This document shows, piece by piece, positions 10,642 to 20,645 of a DNA stretch of 64,000 bases (position 1 is the stretch's first letter; every line of letters starts with the position of its first letter). The stretch is from a virus. The position numbers and the translations under genes are program-made. The notes below the pieces were generated by a model, which had not been told where the DNA came from, made no database searches, and saw only the letters and a program-made list of their open reading frames with translations. The stretch spans positions 82,141 to 146,140 of IMG/VR virus record IMGVR_UViG_3300033146_003848; one strand, 5' to 3'.

Positions 10642-10732
10642 CACGGATAAAAAATAATGCTATAATATTTATATGAAACAATCGTTTTTGTTTCATGAGT
10701 TTTAAAAATTTAAATGATGGAGATTCATTATG
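10636..10732 (+). promoter_or_regulatory. promoter + stem-loop + RBS cassette, copy 1 (PeSL-like)
   Basis: TTGACACGG..TGCTATAAT, hairpin ATGAAACAA/TTGTTTCAT, GGAG; near-identical to 12654-12750. Confidence 0.85.
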
Positions 10733-11566
10733 ACATTTGGTAATGCAGAACTTAAAGACATTTTATTTGATGTGAAAGAGATGCCAGTACTTTATCCAAA
10801 CCCTGAAGAGTATGATAGTGCAAGTGGAGAATTCGAAAGTATTTCTCAATTTTCTCATAGGAAAGTCCTTTTGAGAGCCGACAATAATCGAGAATTAGGT
10901 ATTGTTGGGAGTGACTGGCAACCCATTCTCAATCAAACTGCTTTGGACAGATTTGATGAAATTTGTAAAGAAAGTAAAATCAAGTATGAACTCGGAGAAG
11001 TTCTTATGAAAGATGGAGGAGCAAAAACTTCTGTGGAAATTAAATTCCCAGAGAAAACTATTCAAACTGGAAAAGGTGATGTCATAGAACTAAGAGGATA
11101 TCTTCATAATGGATTTAATGGAAGTACATCAGTAGGCTTAGAATTAGGGTTCTTCAGATACTGGTGTTCCAATGGAGCAATAATTGGAAGCAAAGAGCAC
11201 CAATTAAAATTTAAACATACATTAAGTGCTGAAGATAAAATGGCGAATGCATTTAAAATGTATATCGAAACACGATTTAATGAGACGGAGCAATTTATTC
11301 AGAAATTGACAGCCACAAATATAACTGATGCACAAATCAAAACCGAATTCGAGGAGCAAGAAATTATTGCTAAAAAATACGAAAGTAATTATTTTGAATC
11401 ATTGAATAAAGAGAGTGCTGATATGAACGGAGCACAAACACTTTGGTTAATGTATAATATTTATACTAGAGTGATAACTCATGGACTTGAAGTGAATAAC
11501 TATCGAAAACTTCAATTGTTGGCTCAAGTATCGAATAGAGCAAAGAATGTGTGGTTAGCAAAGTAA
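10730..11566 (+). CDS. DUF932/DUF945 family protein
   Basis: LGIVGSDWQPILN, NGFNGS, FRYWCSNG, FKHT motifs. Confidence 0.75.
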   Translation: MTFGNAELKDILFDVKEMPVLYPNPEEYDSASGEFESISQFSHRKVLLRADNNRELGIVGSDWQPILNQTALDRFDEICKESKIKYELGEVLMKDGGAKTSVEIKFPEKTIQTGKGDVIELRGYLHNGFNGSTSVGLELGFFRYWCSNGAIIGSKEHQLKFKHTLSAEDKMANAFKMYIETRFNETEQFIQKLTATNITDAQIKTEFEEQEIIAKKYESNYFESLNKESADMNGAQTLWLMYNIYTRVITHGLEVNNYRKLQLLAQVSNRAKNVWLAK

Positions 11567-11578
11567 ATATTATATCAA

Positions 11579-11603
11579 GAGGAGATAGTCGAACTATCTC
11601 CTC
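11579..11603 (+). terminator. stem-loop / terminator
   Basis: GAGGAGATAGT-CGA-ACTATCTCCTC. Confidence 0.65.
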
Positions 11604-11622
11604 ATTATTATAGGAGAATAAA

Positions 11623-11976
11623 ATGAAAATTGATTTTAATTTTGAACGAGTTGATATATATAAGACGGCAGAAATTGATATGCGACCAATATATTCGATG
11701 AGAGTTGGAGATTATATGTTCATCCTCGTTAATAAATATTACTATTGGAAAAAGGTCGAGAAACGAGTTTCTCATGAAAGATCCGCAACAATTTATGTTA
11801 TAGATAATAATAATCGAGGACTTTATGTGACTGGAACTCATGATTCGGGGATGAATGCATTCATTGATTTGATTGAACGTTATCCTAAAAAACATTTCCC
11901 AAAGAAGTTCGATGAAGCATTTAATGAGGAGGCACAACTCTCTAAAATTAAGGCGAGAGATAATGAAATAAAATGA
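11623..11976 (+). CDS. hypothetical protein
   Basis: AGGAG RBS. Confidence 0.7.
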   Translation: MKIDFNFERVDIYKTAEIDMRPIYSMRVGDYMFILVNKYYYWKKVEKRVSHERSATIYVIDNNNRGLYVTGTHDSGMNAFIDLIERYPKKHFPKKFDEAFNEEAQLSKIKARDNEIK

Positions 11977-12272
11977 GTATTCTAGGTAGATTAGTGAGAC
12001 GAGCCATTTATGATGAGTTAGATAATAACCAGATTCGGAATTATAAAATAACCTCTCAACATGGAAAAAGTTTTGTTTATCATATTTATAATGTCCACGA
12101 TCACGATAGTCATATATGTACCATTACAATTAATGACTCATTAGATGTTATAGTCAAGGATACTATTAGTTGTAAAGATATTGAAAGACTACAGATTTTT
12201 AACACGTTGGATAAGATGTATGATAATACCATATACAAAGTTAAATATCATCCTCGAAATTTTTGGAGATAG
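11973..12272 (+). CDS. hypothetical protein
   Basis: ATGA overlap with upstream ORF. Confidence 0.6.
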   Translation: MSILGRLVRRAIYDELDNNQIRNYKITSQHGKSFVYHIYNVHDHDSHICTITINDSLDVIVKDTISCKDIERLQIFNTLDKMYDNTIYKVKYHPRNFWR

Positions 12273-12281
12273 GAGAAAAAA

Positions 12282-12509
12282 ATGAAAAAAATAAAGATTT
12301 ATGATGTAGAATATTGGGAAGATGATAATTATAATAGATGGTCTAATTGCACTAAACAACAGGCTCAAGATATGTCCGACTCTTTATTGAATTGTTATAA
12401 TTGCGAAAATTGTCAAATATGTACCAATTGTTCTTCTTGTGTATTTTGTTATAATTGTTTAAACTGCAATAACGCAATAAATGAAGTGAATGGCAGAGAT
12501 ATTGGATAA
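12282..12509 (+). CDS. Cys-repeat protein, paralog 1
   Basis: YWEDDNYNRWSNCT + CxxCxxC run. Confidence 0.75.
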   Translation: MKKIKIYDVEYWEDDNYNRWSNCTKQQAQDMSDSLLNCYNCENCQICTNCSSCVFCYNCLNCNNAINEVNGRDIG

Positions 12510-12653
12510 CACACTAAATAAAATAAAAAAACTTGCAGATTTAATATCCAAGAATAAGTTTCAATCATTCAAATCATATAGGTTGCCATTTATCAAAACA
12601 CCTAATAGTTCATGTGTGATTTATAACATGAAAGAATATAAACAATTGATATT

Positions 12654-12750
12654 AATTGACACGGATAAAAAATAATGCTATAATACTTATATGAAACAAT
12701 CGTTTTTGTTTCATGAGTTTTAAAAATTTAAATGATGGAGATTTATTATG
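12654..12750 (+). promoter_or_regulatory. promoter + stem-loop + RBS cassette, copy 2 (PeSL-like)
   Basis: about 97-bp copy of 10636-10732 with 2 differences. Confidence 0.85.
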
Positions 12751-13371
12751 AAGAAATTCACACAAAAATTACTAGATAATTTTGATAGTTCAAAGGAGAA
12801 CTATCACCAACAAATTTTAGATGTTGCATATGATGCTTGGACAACAGATATGGAGTGGACATATGCCGACATGATAGATAATACTATTGAGCAATTTGGT
12901 CAACTTACTGCTCTATTAGTGTTAGTTGGCAAATTTAATCAACAAGTTACAAATGGGGGTCATATTCAATATATAATGAATGATTTTGCATCAAGAGGAT
13001 CTAAGTATGATTTAGATATTCATAATAAAATGATATCATTGATGAGTAGCACTTATTTGAAGCCTTGTGACAACTATGATATGATATTAAAAATTATGCG
13101 GTCATTAGATGTGGTTTATTATCCATCTGAGTATGAAACTGAAACTTGTTCTTCGTGTGGTGGAAGTGGAATGAGTGATTATGGAGAAGAGGATGAGGAG
13201 TGCGATGATTGTTGTGGGACAGGAGAAATAGAATTTCTTAATGATGAGGAGTTCGTACATAACGGAGAACATTTAGATGAACAATATTATGAGGTGTATG
13301 AAGATTGGCTTCAATCAATCGAAAAGTTATTGCATCATATGCCTGAATTAAATGGAGAGAATCATGAGTGA
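12748..13371 (+). CDS. acidic DMP19/DUF4375-like protein with DnaJ-type zinc finger
   Basis: FNQQVTNGGHIQY; CSSCGGSG..CDDCCGTG; LDEQYY. Confidence 0.5.
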   Translation: MKKFTQKLLDNFDSSKENYHQQILDVAYDAWTTDMEWTYADMIDNTIEQFGQLTALLVLVGKFNQQVTNGGHIQYIMNDFASRGSKYDLDIHNKMISLMSSTYLKPCDNYDMILKIMRSLDVVYYPSEYETETCSSCGGSGMSDYGEEDEECDDCCGTGEIEFLNDEEFVHNGEHLDEQYYEVYEDWLQSIEKLLHHMPELNGENHE

Positions 13372-13801
13372 TATATCCGTGTATCAAATGGCAATTAATA
13401 ATGCCTCAAATTATATCGTAGCCTTAAATAACCGAATGAGTGCTGATGATCCAAGACGAGATGCTGAAATTGGAATTTTTGATATTACATCGGTTTTAGA
13501 AATCATCTTTTGTAAGGCAAAAGAAGAGATTGCATCCGATATTATTAAAACTGTGAATGATATTAGTCCTCAATCGACAATAGAAACTAGAAGTCCTAAG
13601 CAAGAGGTACGAATATTATTCCATAACATTGAGATTGATTGGGAAAAAGGGAATTATGAGGTGTATGATATTGGAGAAGATGATAAAAAACAAATAATAG
13701 ATAAAATGATTGATGGTGAGTGTGCGGGAATCATACGAATTGCCGAAAATGATTCCAGTGAAGTTTTAATTGGACATTGGACTATTAAAGGAGATAAATG
13801 A
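13364..13801 (+). CDS. hypothetical protein (paralog of 13985-14419)
   Basis: shared AI...N.I and ILFHNIEIDWE blocks. Confidence 0.7.
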   Translation: MSDISVYQMAINNASNYIVALNNRMSADDPRRDAEIGIFDITSVLEIIFCKAKEEIASDIIKTVNDISPQSTIETRSPKQEVRILFHNIEIDWEKGNYEVYDIGEDDKKQIIDKMIDGECAGIIRIAENDSSEVLIGHWTIKGDK

Positions 13802-13995
13802 TGAATCAAATTGATAGAGACCTTCATATGAAAGTATACCGTTTAATTGAGAAAAATTATACTCCTCTAGATACTGCTCATATGGTTTGGGAAAAAATAA
13901 AGAGTCACTTCACTGAGGATAGAGAGACTCGAATTATAATGACTAGTCGGATCGGAAGATGGATTGAATGGGAGGAATGTAATTATGATGAATGA
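13798..13995 (+). CDS. hypothetical protein
   Basis: AAGGAG RBS. Confidence 0.6.
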   Translation: MMNQIDRDLHMKVYRLIEKNYTPLDTAHMVWEKIKSHFTEDRETRIIMTSRIGRWIEWEECNYDE

Positions 13996-14419
13996 AATTT
14001 CAACAAAGGATTATATTAATGCGATTACAGCCATAGCGAATCACATTATGAGTCCTGAGTTTGTACATGAAAATAAAGAGAATCGACTTGATGTGGAGAA
14101 TGTTACCGAAGTATTGTCAATTATATATCATAAATCGAAAATGCATATATCCAATGATATTGTAAAAAAGATATCAGAATTTTGTTTATTGGACAAGGAA
14201 TCAAGTGAATTTACTCAGGTCATTGAAGTATTATTTCATGATATTGAGATCTGTTGGGAAGGTCATGTGACTTCAGTAGACCTTCATCCGTTAGATTATA
14301 AACTTATTGAAACTCTCATTATAAAGGCTTCTAATAAAGGACCCATCACAGTTCCTTATATTGATATTCAGGGCGAACAACGCTATTATGTTGGAGAATG
14401 GAGAATCAGAAAATGTTAA
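13985..14419 (+). CDS. hypothetical protein (paralog of 13364-13801)
   Basis: VLFHDIEICWE block; GGAGG RBS. Confidence 0.7.
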   Translation: MMNEISTKDYINAITAIANHIMSPEFVHENKENRLDVENVTEVLSIIYHKSKMHISNDIVKKISEFCLLDKESSEFTQVIEVLFHDIEICWEGHVTSVDLHPLDYKLIETLIIKASNKGPITVPYIDIQGEQRYYVGEWRIRKC

Positions 14420-14604
14420 TTTGTCCTATATGTAAATCTAGTGTTGAAATGAAACGATCCGATGAAAATGATTTTTTATTTACTTGTACCAATCAATGCT
14501 TTAAAAATATTTCTATTTTCGCACATTCGGATTTAGAAGCAAAAGGCTTTTGGTTAGGGAGAAGTGCTGAAATAGTTTCTAGTGAGTTGAGAAACAATCA
14601 ATAG
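14413..14604 (+). CDS. small zinc-finger protein
   Basis: CPIC..CTNQC..EA..FW. Confidence 0.55.
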   Translation: MLICPICKSSVEMKRSDENDFLFTCTNQCFKNISIFAHSDLEAKGFWLGRSAEIVSSELRNNQ

Positions 14605-14787
14605 TAACATATCACTTTTGTTGTTTTTGTTGTTATACGAGTAACCTAGAGTATGAGAATTGAGCCTAATTAATCAATAAAATATATTATATTCATTATT
14701 TCAATATTATTTGATTTGAGTGATTATTTATGTTATAATTAATGAATGAAAAAGTTTTTCATTATTATTAATTTATTTGAGGGAAAA

Positions 14788-15105
14788 ATGAATATAAAAT
14801 CTATTATTCAATCGGGAAAAATTATTCGAACAAATGAAGGATTGTATACAACTGATGAGGAGTTATGGTTAGAATGTGAAATAGAAATTTTAATAGAGAC
14901 TCCAATTCAAGAGACAGACTTGGAGTCTATATTTGATACCTCTCCTGAAATATTTTATAAATTCATAGAGTTTGATGTTTATGATAAGGTTCAAGTCGAA
15001 TTGCATTCTAATCATATAGAAATTCTTATTATTTTTGAAGCATATGAACCTTTTCAAACTGATCCTGAATATGATTCGTTAGAATTGGATTATTGGAAAC
15101 ATTAA
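14788..15105 (+). CDS. highly acidic hypothetical protein
   Basis: E/D-rich; upstream promoter-like TTGATT..TGTTATAAT. Confidence 0.65.
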   Translation: MNIKSIIQSGKIIRTNEGLYTTDEELWLECEIEILIETPIQETDLESIFDTSPEIFYKFIEFDVYDKVQVELHSNHIEILIIFEAYEPFQTDPEYDSLELDYWKH

Positions 15106-15107
15106 AT

Positions 15108-15136
15108 TTGACTTGGTGTTAAAATTGTGATATACT
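15108..15136 (+). promoter_or_regulatory. early sigma70 promoter
   Basis: TTGACTTGG..TGATATACT. Confidence 0.8.
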
Positions 15137-15173
15137 ATATATGTAATTATGATTAATTATTATTATGGAGTAA

Positions 15174-15611
15174 ATGATGAAAAAAGAAGACATTGTTATT
15201 GATTTAGAATCCTCAAGAACATTTAAAGTGGAATGTATTTGGGAAGAAAATGAATTCGTTTGTGTGGTCGGATACGAAGACCGAGAAAACTTTTGGCGAG
15301 TAGGATATATATTGTTGCCTTCGAGTAACACTTTCTATGAGAGAGATTATGATGACGACCGAGTTAAAAATTTGGAAGTGTATGGAGGAATAACATATGC
15401 GAATCATTTAAGTAAATCTATATTTAAAGACCTCATATCAGTCAAAGATGATCTTTGGCTACTAGGGTTTGATGCAGGACACGGAGAAGATGGGTTATCC
15501 TTAGAGTTCATGAAAGATGAAATGAAATCTTTAGCGAGTCAAATATTTACCAAAGAATCTGAACACGCCTTCGATGTGTTAAATGACATAATATTTTCAA
15601 AAAAGAATTGA
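15174..15611 (+). CDS. conserved phage hypothetical protein
   Basis: GYILLP..VYGGITY..WLLGFDAGH motif. Confidence 0.7.
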   Translation: MMKKEDIVIDLESSRTFKVECIWEENEFVCVVGYEDRENFWRVGYILLPSSNTFYERDYDDDRVKNLEVYGGITYANHLSKSIFKDLISVKDDLWLLGFDAGHGEDGLSLEFMKDEMKSLASQIFTKESEHAFDVLNDIIFSKKN

Positions 15612-15636
15612 CTCGGTTGACTTTATATGTTATACT
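15608..15636 (+). promoter_or_regulatory. early sigma70 promoter
   Basis: TTGACTCGG..TGTTATACT. Confidence 0.8.
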
Positions 15637-15687
15637 ATTAATATAAACACTTGATAAAGTATTGAGTGTAACTTAATGGAGAATATC

Positions 15688-15960
15688 ATGATTTTAAGTA
15701 CCGAAATGCAAGATACTATCGAAGAGTTAACTGGAGTTTCTGTGCAAGCCTTACATTATAATGATGAGGAGATTTCGTTTAAACAAAATGGAATCTGGCG
15801 AGACATGGAAATGAAAACCTTTTCTGACATCAATCGTCGGTTTAAAATATCAAAACAACCTGACAAAAAACAGAACTTTTATTATATAAGTCGGGGATCT
15901 GAAGCGTTTGACCTGATGATTTTGATTAATGATTTTAGCAATGCGATAATTGAGATTTAA
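15688..15960 (+). CDS. hypothetical protein
   Basis: GGAG RBS after promoter hairpin. Confidence 0.65.
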   Translation: MILSTEMQDTIEELTGVSVQALHYNDEEISFKQNGIWRDMEMKTFSDINRRFKISKQPDKKQNFYYISRGSEAFDLMILINDFSNAIIEI

Positions 15961-16118
15961 CATGGTGAGTTCATGTAATATGTTTAAGTTCTCAACAGTC
16001 CATCAACAACATAACACTTCGGGCTGTGAGTATTCTATCACTGAAAATCATGTGACACCATCTATAGAATGGGCAAAATATAACGATTATAAAAAATTTA
16101 AAAAAAGTGAATTAAAGT

Positions 16119-16228
16119 TTGACACGGATTAAATAATATGTTATACTATTATTATAAACAATTGATTTTGTTTGTATGTTTATTAATTTTTTGAGTCAGA
16201 CAAGACGTTAAAATCGGAGAGTATTATG
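16119..16228 (+). promoter_or_regulatory. early promoter + two-hairpin leader
   Basis: TTGACACGG..TGTTATACT; AAACAA hairpin, AGTCAG..AGAC hairpin, CGGAG. Confidence 0.8.
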
Positions 16229-16522
16229 GGATTTATAGTTAAACTTATCGATAAAGACAATTCGATTCGAGAGGATGAATTTGCGACTGCGATTAAAGAA
16301 CTGAAGCCTGAATTTAATAGTGATATTAAAGAAAAATCAGGAGTGTTCATTCATTTGGACTCAAATGAAATTGAACTCAAGAATGGAGTAGTTAAAATAT
16401 TTGGGTCATTTACTACTATGGGAGATGAGATTGAAGGACTAATTTTAAATTTACTTTTAAATTTACAAAAGTTCGGATATAAAATAGAAGTTATTTGCCC
16501 AGAATTAGGGTATGAGAGTTAG
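16226..16522 (+). CDS. hypothetical protein
   Basis: RBS and leader. Confidence 0.7.
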   Translation: MGFIVKLIDKDNSIREDEFATAIKELKPEFNSDIKEKSGVFIHLDSNEIELKNGVVKIFGSFTTMGDEIEGLILNLLLNLQKFGYKIEVICPELGYES

Positions 16523-16532
16523 ATTATTAAAC

Positions 16533-16558
16533 TGAGGACTTCAATAATGAAGTCCTCA
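16533..16558 (+). terminator. stem-loop
   Basis: TGAGGACTTCA-ATAA-TGAAGTCCTCA. Confidence 0.6.
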
Positions 16559-16577
16559 ACAACGTAAGGAGATTATT

Positions 16578-17204
16578 ATGAGTATGAGTGACACAAAACA
16601 AAAATTAAATTTTTTATTAGACAATTTAGAGTTGGCAGATTATTTTGGTTCAAGAGATGTGGATAGAGTGTATGGTGCGGTATATAAAAAACTAATTCAA
16701 AATGGAGTATTAGTTAATAATTTAAGATTTACTCAAGGGAAAAATGTTTTACCTTTTGAAATTGATAAAACTGAAAGTATAAAGGACAATATTACTAGAA
16801 TTAAAACATATCTTCTTAGTAAGGTTGATAATTCAGAAAGGAGACTACGAGAGTGGACAGCATTCCATACAATCTATAGTTGGAGATACATTAAAGTGTC
16901 CAATCTTTCTCGTCTCAAAAATGGAAAAGTGAAAATCAAAGGTAACTTTGATGCGGCAAATGATTTAATTGAGATTTTAGGCTATATCCAAAGTGATGAG
17001 ATACCAAAAGACTTAGGGTTTTCATATGGTGTATTAGACTATGCTAGAAAGCAAAATGTCCCTTTAGATACTCATGCGGTAGATGTTATTCATTTTACAG
17101 TATCATATAAAAGAGGCTCATTTGAAATAACAGGAATGGATGATGCTCAAGTTCAACAATTAAAGGATATTCTTTCTAATAATGAGATACAAATGATGAG
17201 GTAA
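16578..17204 (+). CDS. hypothetical protein
   Basis: AAGGAG RBS, 208 aa. Confidence 0.75.
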   Translation: MSMSDTKQKLNFLLDNLELADYFGSRDVDRVYGAVYKKLIQNGVLVNNLRFTQGKNVLPFEIDKTESIKDNITRIKTYLLSKVDNSERRLREWTAFHTIYSWRYIKVSNLSRLKNGKVKIKGNFDAANDLIEILGYIQSDEIPKDLGFSYGVLDYARKQNVPLDTHAVDVIHFTVSYKRGSFEITGMDDAQVQQLKDILSNNEIQMMR

Positions 17205-17209
17205 TTATC

Positions 17210-17449
17210 ATGAAAGAGTATTATGAATTGGTTGACAATCAAACTATTTCTTCGAATAAGAGGTTTATTAAATGTATTTGTTCTGAATGGCATCCAATCG
17301 TTCGGAATAATATGAGACGACTTACAGTCACTTGCCCGTTCTTTGGAATAATTGGAACGGGCAAAACAAATGGAGATTTAAAACGATCTTGGAGAAAAAA
17401 TAGTGAGTTGTGGATAAAAAATGAACTTTTAGTTGAGGAGGGATTGTGA
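17210..17449 (+). CDS. hypothetical protein
   Basis: GAGGT RBS. Confidence 0.6.
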   Translation: MKEYYELVDNQTISSNKRFIKCICSEWHPIVRNNMRRLTVTCPFFGIIGTGKTNGDLKRSWRKNSELWIKNELLVEEGL

Positions 17450-17451
17450 TT

Positions 17452-17736
17452 ATGAAAAAACAATGTTTAATGAATAAAGAAGAGGTTGTTCATTTTGAAA
17501 GTGAAGGACGAGATCATATTTATTTCAATTTGGAATCTTGGGAAGTTTTAAGTCAATTGACAAAGTATCATTGGCAACATAAGATGTTAGAAGAACCATT
17601 AAGAGAATTTTGTAAACAATTGTTCCCACATTTGGAAATATTTCAAGTAAAGGTTCAAGAAACATATTTTGTTAAAATGAATCAATTAGGGCGAGGTACA
17701 TTATTTATAACAATAAATCCACAAGATGAGGATTAA
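17452..17736 (+). CDS. hypothetical protein
   Basis: GGAGG RBS. Confidence 0.6.
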   Translation: MKKQCLMNKEEVVHFESEGRDHIYFNLESWEVLSQLTKYHWQHKMLEEPLREFCKQLFPHLEIFQVKVQETYFVKMNQLGRGTLFITINPQDED

Positions 17737-18037
17737 TACATTGAGATATACAACAAATGAAATTATTGGTAATTGTAGAATTTTAATACCTAATAAAATT
17801 AATAGTCCTTGTACGTTGCAATTTATTTTAAATTGGATCGGAAAGACTGCCTGTTCAGAAGATGTATCTTTGATTAATTTGAATCAACAATCTAATGGTT
17901 ATCAAATTGAGGTTTTAAATAGAAATACAAGTGAAATAACTATTTTAGGTCAAATTATAACAAAAACTCAAATTTCTGAAAATGATTTTATTTCAGAAAT
18001 AGGATGTAAAATATCAATTAACAAATGCGGAGAATAA
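17726..18037 (+). CDS. hypothetical protein
   Basis: tightly packed in operon. Confidence 0.55.
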   Translation: MRINTLRYTTNEIIGNCRILIPNKINSPCTLQFILNWIGKTACSEDVSLINLNQQSNGYQIEVLNRNTSEITILGQIITKTQISENDFISEIGCKISINKCGE

Positions 18038-18038
18038 T

Positions 18039-18308
18039 ATGAAAAGTTTAAAGAGTCTGGAAAAATGCAAACCTTATACTAGAAATAGACCACTAAAAGA
18101 TATAGGAATGAAAGTTAATGTGAAAGGACAAATTGTTCAGTTCTTACAAGAAGATGATGGACTCGATTTAAGTCCCATTCTCGCCAAATATAACGATTGT
18201 ATTGTATATAGTGGTCGTAATGAAATCGAGGATCTATTGAATATGGAAGATTATGTGCCTGTGTTTTTTGAAACTGAGGCGTATAGTTCATTCAACTTCA
18301 TGAATTAG
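18039..18308 (+). CDS. hypothetical protein
   Basis: GGAG RBS. Confidence 0.65.
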   Translation: MKSLKSLEKCKPYTRNRPLKDIGMKVNVKGQIVQFLQEDDGLDLSPILAKYNDCIVYSGRNEIEDLLNMEDYVPVFFETEAYSSFNFMN

Positions 18309-18317
18309 GAGAAGATT

Positions 18318-18602
18318 ATGAAAAATTTAGAGCAAGAGTACTATCTAACTTTTGAGGACACGATTAGAGAACGAGTTGTTATTCTGGTTGTAGATAAAAA
18401 TTCATTAAGCGGGAGTTATATGTTTGCCTTTAGTGAGAATGCTAATTCGAATAGTGATTTATGGAGACATTGTAATTATGCCACGAAAAGTGCAATAAAA
18501 CAAAAAATTAAGAATATTAAAAATGATAAGTCCTTAATTATCATTTCTGAAGAATTCCCCACAAACAATAAAGTTATGGAAATACTTGACGTGGTATCAT
18601 AA
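18318..18602 (+). CDS. hypothetical protein
   Basis: AGGAG RBS. Confidence 0.65.
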   Translation: MKNLEQEYYLTFEDTIRERVVILVVDKNSLSGSYMFAFSENANSNSDLWRHCNYATKSAIKQKIKNIKNDKSLIIISEEFPTNNKVMEILDVVS

Positions 18603-18614
18603 ATGTATTATACT
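18586..18614 (+). promoter_or_regulatory. early sigma70 promoter
   Basis: TTGACGTGG..TATACT; related to 19504. Confidence 0.7.
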
Positions 18615-18667
18615 ATATAAGACATTGAAAAAAATATCATTGATTAATTATAAAAAAGGAGAATACT

Positions 18668-19087
18668 ATGGGCTACACACATTATTGGGAACTAAAGCGT
18701 AAGTTGTCGGATGAAAAATGGAATGAAATTGTATCGGATTGTAAGACATTATCTGAATTATTACCTAAACATTCAACATCTAGTGGTGGATTGTTTAAAG
18801 ATGAGCCGTTGCAATTAGATGATAATTCATATTTTGGTAAATTTATTCAATTCAATGGGATTGAAAACTTAGGACATGAAGATTTCTTTTTTACTAATAC
18901 TCCAACTGCTGGGTTTTGTAAGACTAATCGAAAACCATATGATTTAATGGTTCAAATTTGCATTTTAACTTTTGTTCATCATTTAGGTGATGATTTGATA
19001 AAAACATCTAGTGATGGAGAAAGCGATGATTGGGAAGAATCTCGTAAAATAGTAACGAATTATTTTAAGAAAAAGGAGAGTCAGTAA
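18668..19087 (+). CDS. conserved phage hypothetical protein
   Basis: MGYTHYW..FCKT.RKPYD..SSDG..DW family signature. Confidence 0.75.
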   Translation: MGYTHYWELKRKLSDEKWNEIVSDCKTLSELLPKHSTSSGGLFKDEPLQLDDNSYFGKFIQFNGIENLGHEDFFFTNTPTAGFCKTNRKPYDLMVQICILTFVHHLGDDLIKTSSDGESDDWEESRKIVTNYFKKKESQ

Positions 19088-19088
19088 A

Positions 19089-19496
19089 ATGAAAGTAACT
19101 CGAACCAACGATTTATGGATATATATGAACGATGAGGATCAAGAGGTCGCAACAGTAAGTTTACATGAAGGTGATCAAAATGATGTGCAATATCTGCATC
19201 CATGCACTGAAAGGATTATTGATTTTTTATCAGAGAATCCTCCACCATGTTCTGCGGGGTCACAAGCAATTGTGAGCAGAGAAATAGTAGCAACTCACCA
19301 TCATCACTTGACTCCAAAGTATCACGCTAAGTCAGGTCACATCACGCAAGTTAAAATGGAGACAAAGGTTGCCATTAAAAATCGGAATCGTGATAGATAT
19401 GTTCCCTATTTTTATCCTATTTTTCTTTGTGAATTTGACGATTCTAATTTAGATGCACTTTGGTTACCCTTAGAAATGATTGCATTATTAGATTAA
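19089..19496 (+). CDS. hypothetical protein (His-rich patch)
   Basis: AAGGAG RBS. Confidence 0.65.
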   Translation: MKVTRTNDLWIYMNDEDQEVATVSLHEGDQNDVQYLHPCTERIIDFLSENPPPCSAGSQAIVSREIVATHHHHLTPKYHAKSGHITQVKMETKVAIKNRNRDRYVPYFYPIFLCEFDDSNLDALWLPLEMIALLD

Positions 19497-19503
19497 AAAA
19501 TAT

Positions 19504-19532
19504 TTGACGTGGTGTCATAAATGTGTTATACT
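19504..19532 (+). promoter_or_regulatory. early sigma70 promoter
   Basis: TTGACGTGG..TGTTATACT. Confidence 0.8.
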
Positions 19533-19588
19533 ATACTTATGAAACATGAAAAATGTTATTATTAATTAATTGACTTTAGGAGGTCATT

Positions 19589-19792
19589 ATGTTAAAATTT
19601 ATCAAAAAAATATTATCTGAGGGTTCAGATGATGAGAAGCAAGTGGTTCTTTTTCTATTAAGTAAAATGGAGTATACATCAAAGGTTAAATTCCATGCGA
19701 AAAAATACATGACGATAATGAACGAAGCGGGAATTACGATTCCACGAGGGTTTAATCCAACTTTAGATGATGAGGATAATAATGAAAAATAG
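19589..19792 (+). CDS. hypothetical protein
   Basis: AGGAGG RBS. Confidence 0.65.
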   Translation: MLKFIKKILSEGSDDEKQVVLFLLSKMEYTSKVKFHAKKYMTIMNEAGITIPRGFNPTLDDEDNNEK

Positions 19793-20288
19793 ATATCAAG
19801 TGGAGATTATAGAAACCTTGGGACGAATTCTGTATGTGAATGCTTTAGATGAGGAGACAGCATATCAAGAAGTATTTCGGCAGCATAAAGATGGAGAGAT
19901 AGTATTAGATTCAAATGACTACCGAGATGTTTACATTGAGGTTGTGGAAATTGATAGTGCAACCTGTATTTTATGTAAATTTTCTGCGGACTGTGATGAT
20001 GAGTTTGATATAACAGGGCAAAAAATATTCTCGCAATCAGAATGGTTGGAATTTCAACGTCAAAGTAAGGTGTACTTTGAAAAATATGGTAATTTAGAGA
20101 TACACTTTGGTTCAAATCAAAGTTTATACTTTAAAAATATAAGCGAGTTGTTCGAGTGTTTTTTCACCATGCAAATATCTGAAGATGCATATAACGAACT
20201 CTCCAAAGTATATCACAAAAATAAATTTGGCTTGTTTATCGATTGGGATGATATTTTTCAACGAAAGAGTGAAGAAGAGGAGATATAA
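19782..20288 (+). CDS. DpnD/PcfM-like domain protein
   Basis: YQVEIIETL.R...V.A.DEETA...V.....GEIVLDSNDY. Confidence 0.6.
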   Translation: MKNRYQVEIIETLGRILYVNALDEETAYQEVFRQHKDGEIVLDSNDYRDVYIEVVEIDSATCILCKFSADCDDEFDITGQKIFSQSEWLEFQRQSKVYFEKYGNLEIHFGSNQSLYFKNISELFECFFTMQISEDAYNELSKVYHKNKFGLFIDWDDIFQRKSEEEEI

Positions 20289-20291
20289 ATT

Positions 20292-20645
20292 ATGACTATT
20301 GATTATTGGCAAAAAAATAAAGATGTGAAATTTATTGAAAGTGAGTCTGGAGACATTGAAACCATTAATCTTCTATATAATTATAGAGGAGTTAATATCA
20401 CGGAAGTTGTAATTTCTCCACGTCATTGGGGAAAACAGACTTGGTCTTATGCAGTTGTTGCCTTAGATTTAGAAAAAACGAAATCTAAGGCATTATGTGA
20501 AAAATATCCAATGAGATTGGAAACCTATTATTCCGAAAAAACTCATGGATATCCAACGTTTCGCCAATACGATGATGAGGAGTATTGTTATGAAGAGGAT
20601 GTTATAAAATTAATAGATGAATGTTTAGCCAACAATTTAAACTAA
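20292..20645 (+). CDS. hypothetical protein
   Basis: GAGGAG RBS. Confidence 0.7.
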   Translation: MTIDYWQKNKDVKFIESESGDIETINLLYNYRGVNITEVVISPRHWGKQTWSYAVVALDLEKTKSKALCEKYPMRLETYYSEKTHGYPTFRQYDDEEYCYEEDVIKLIDECLANNLN

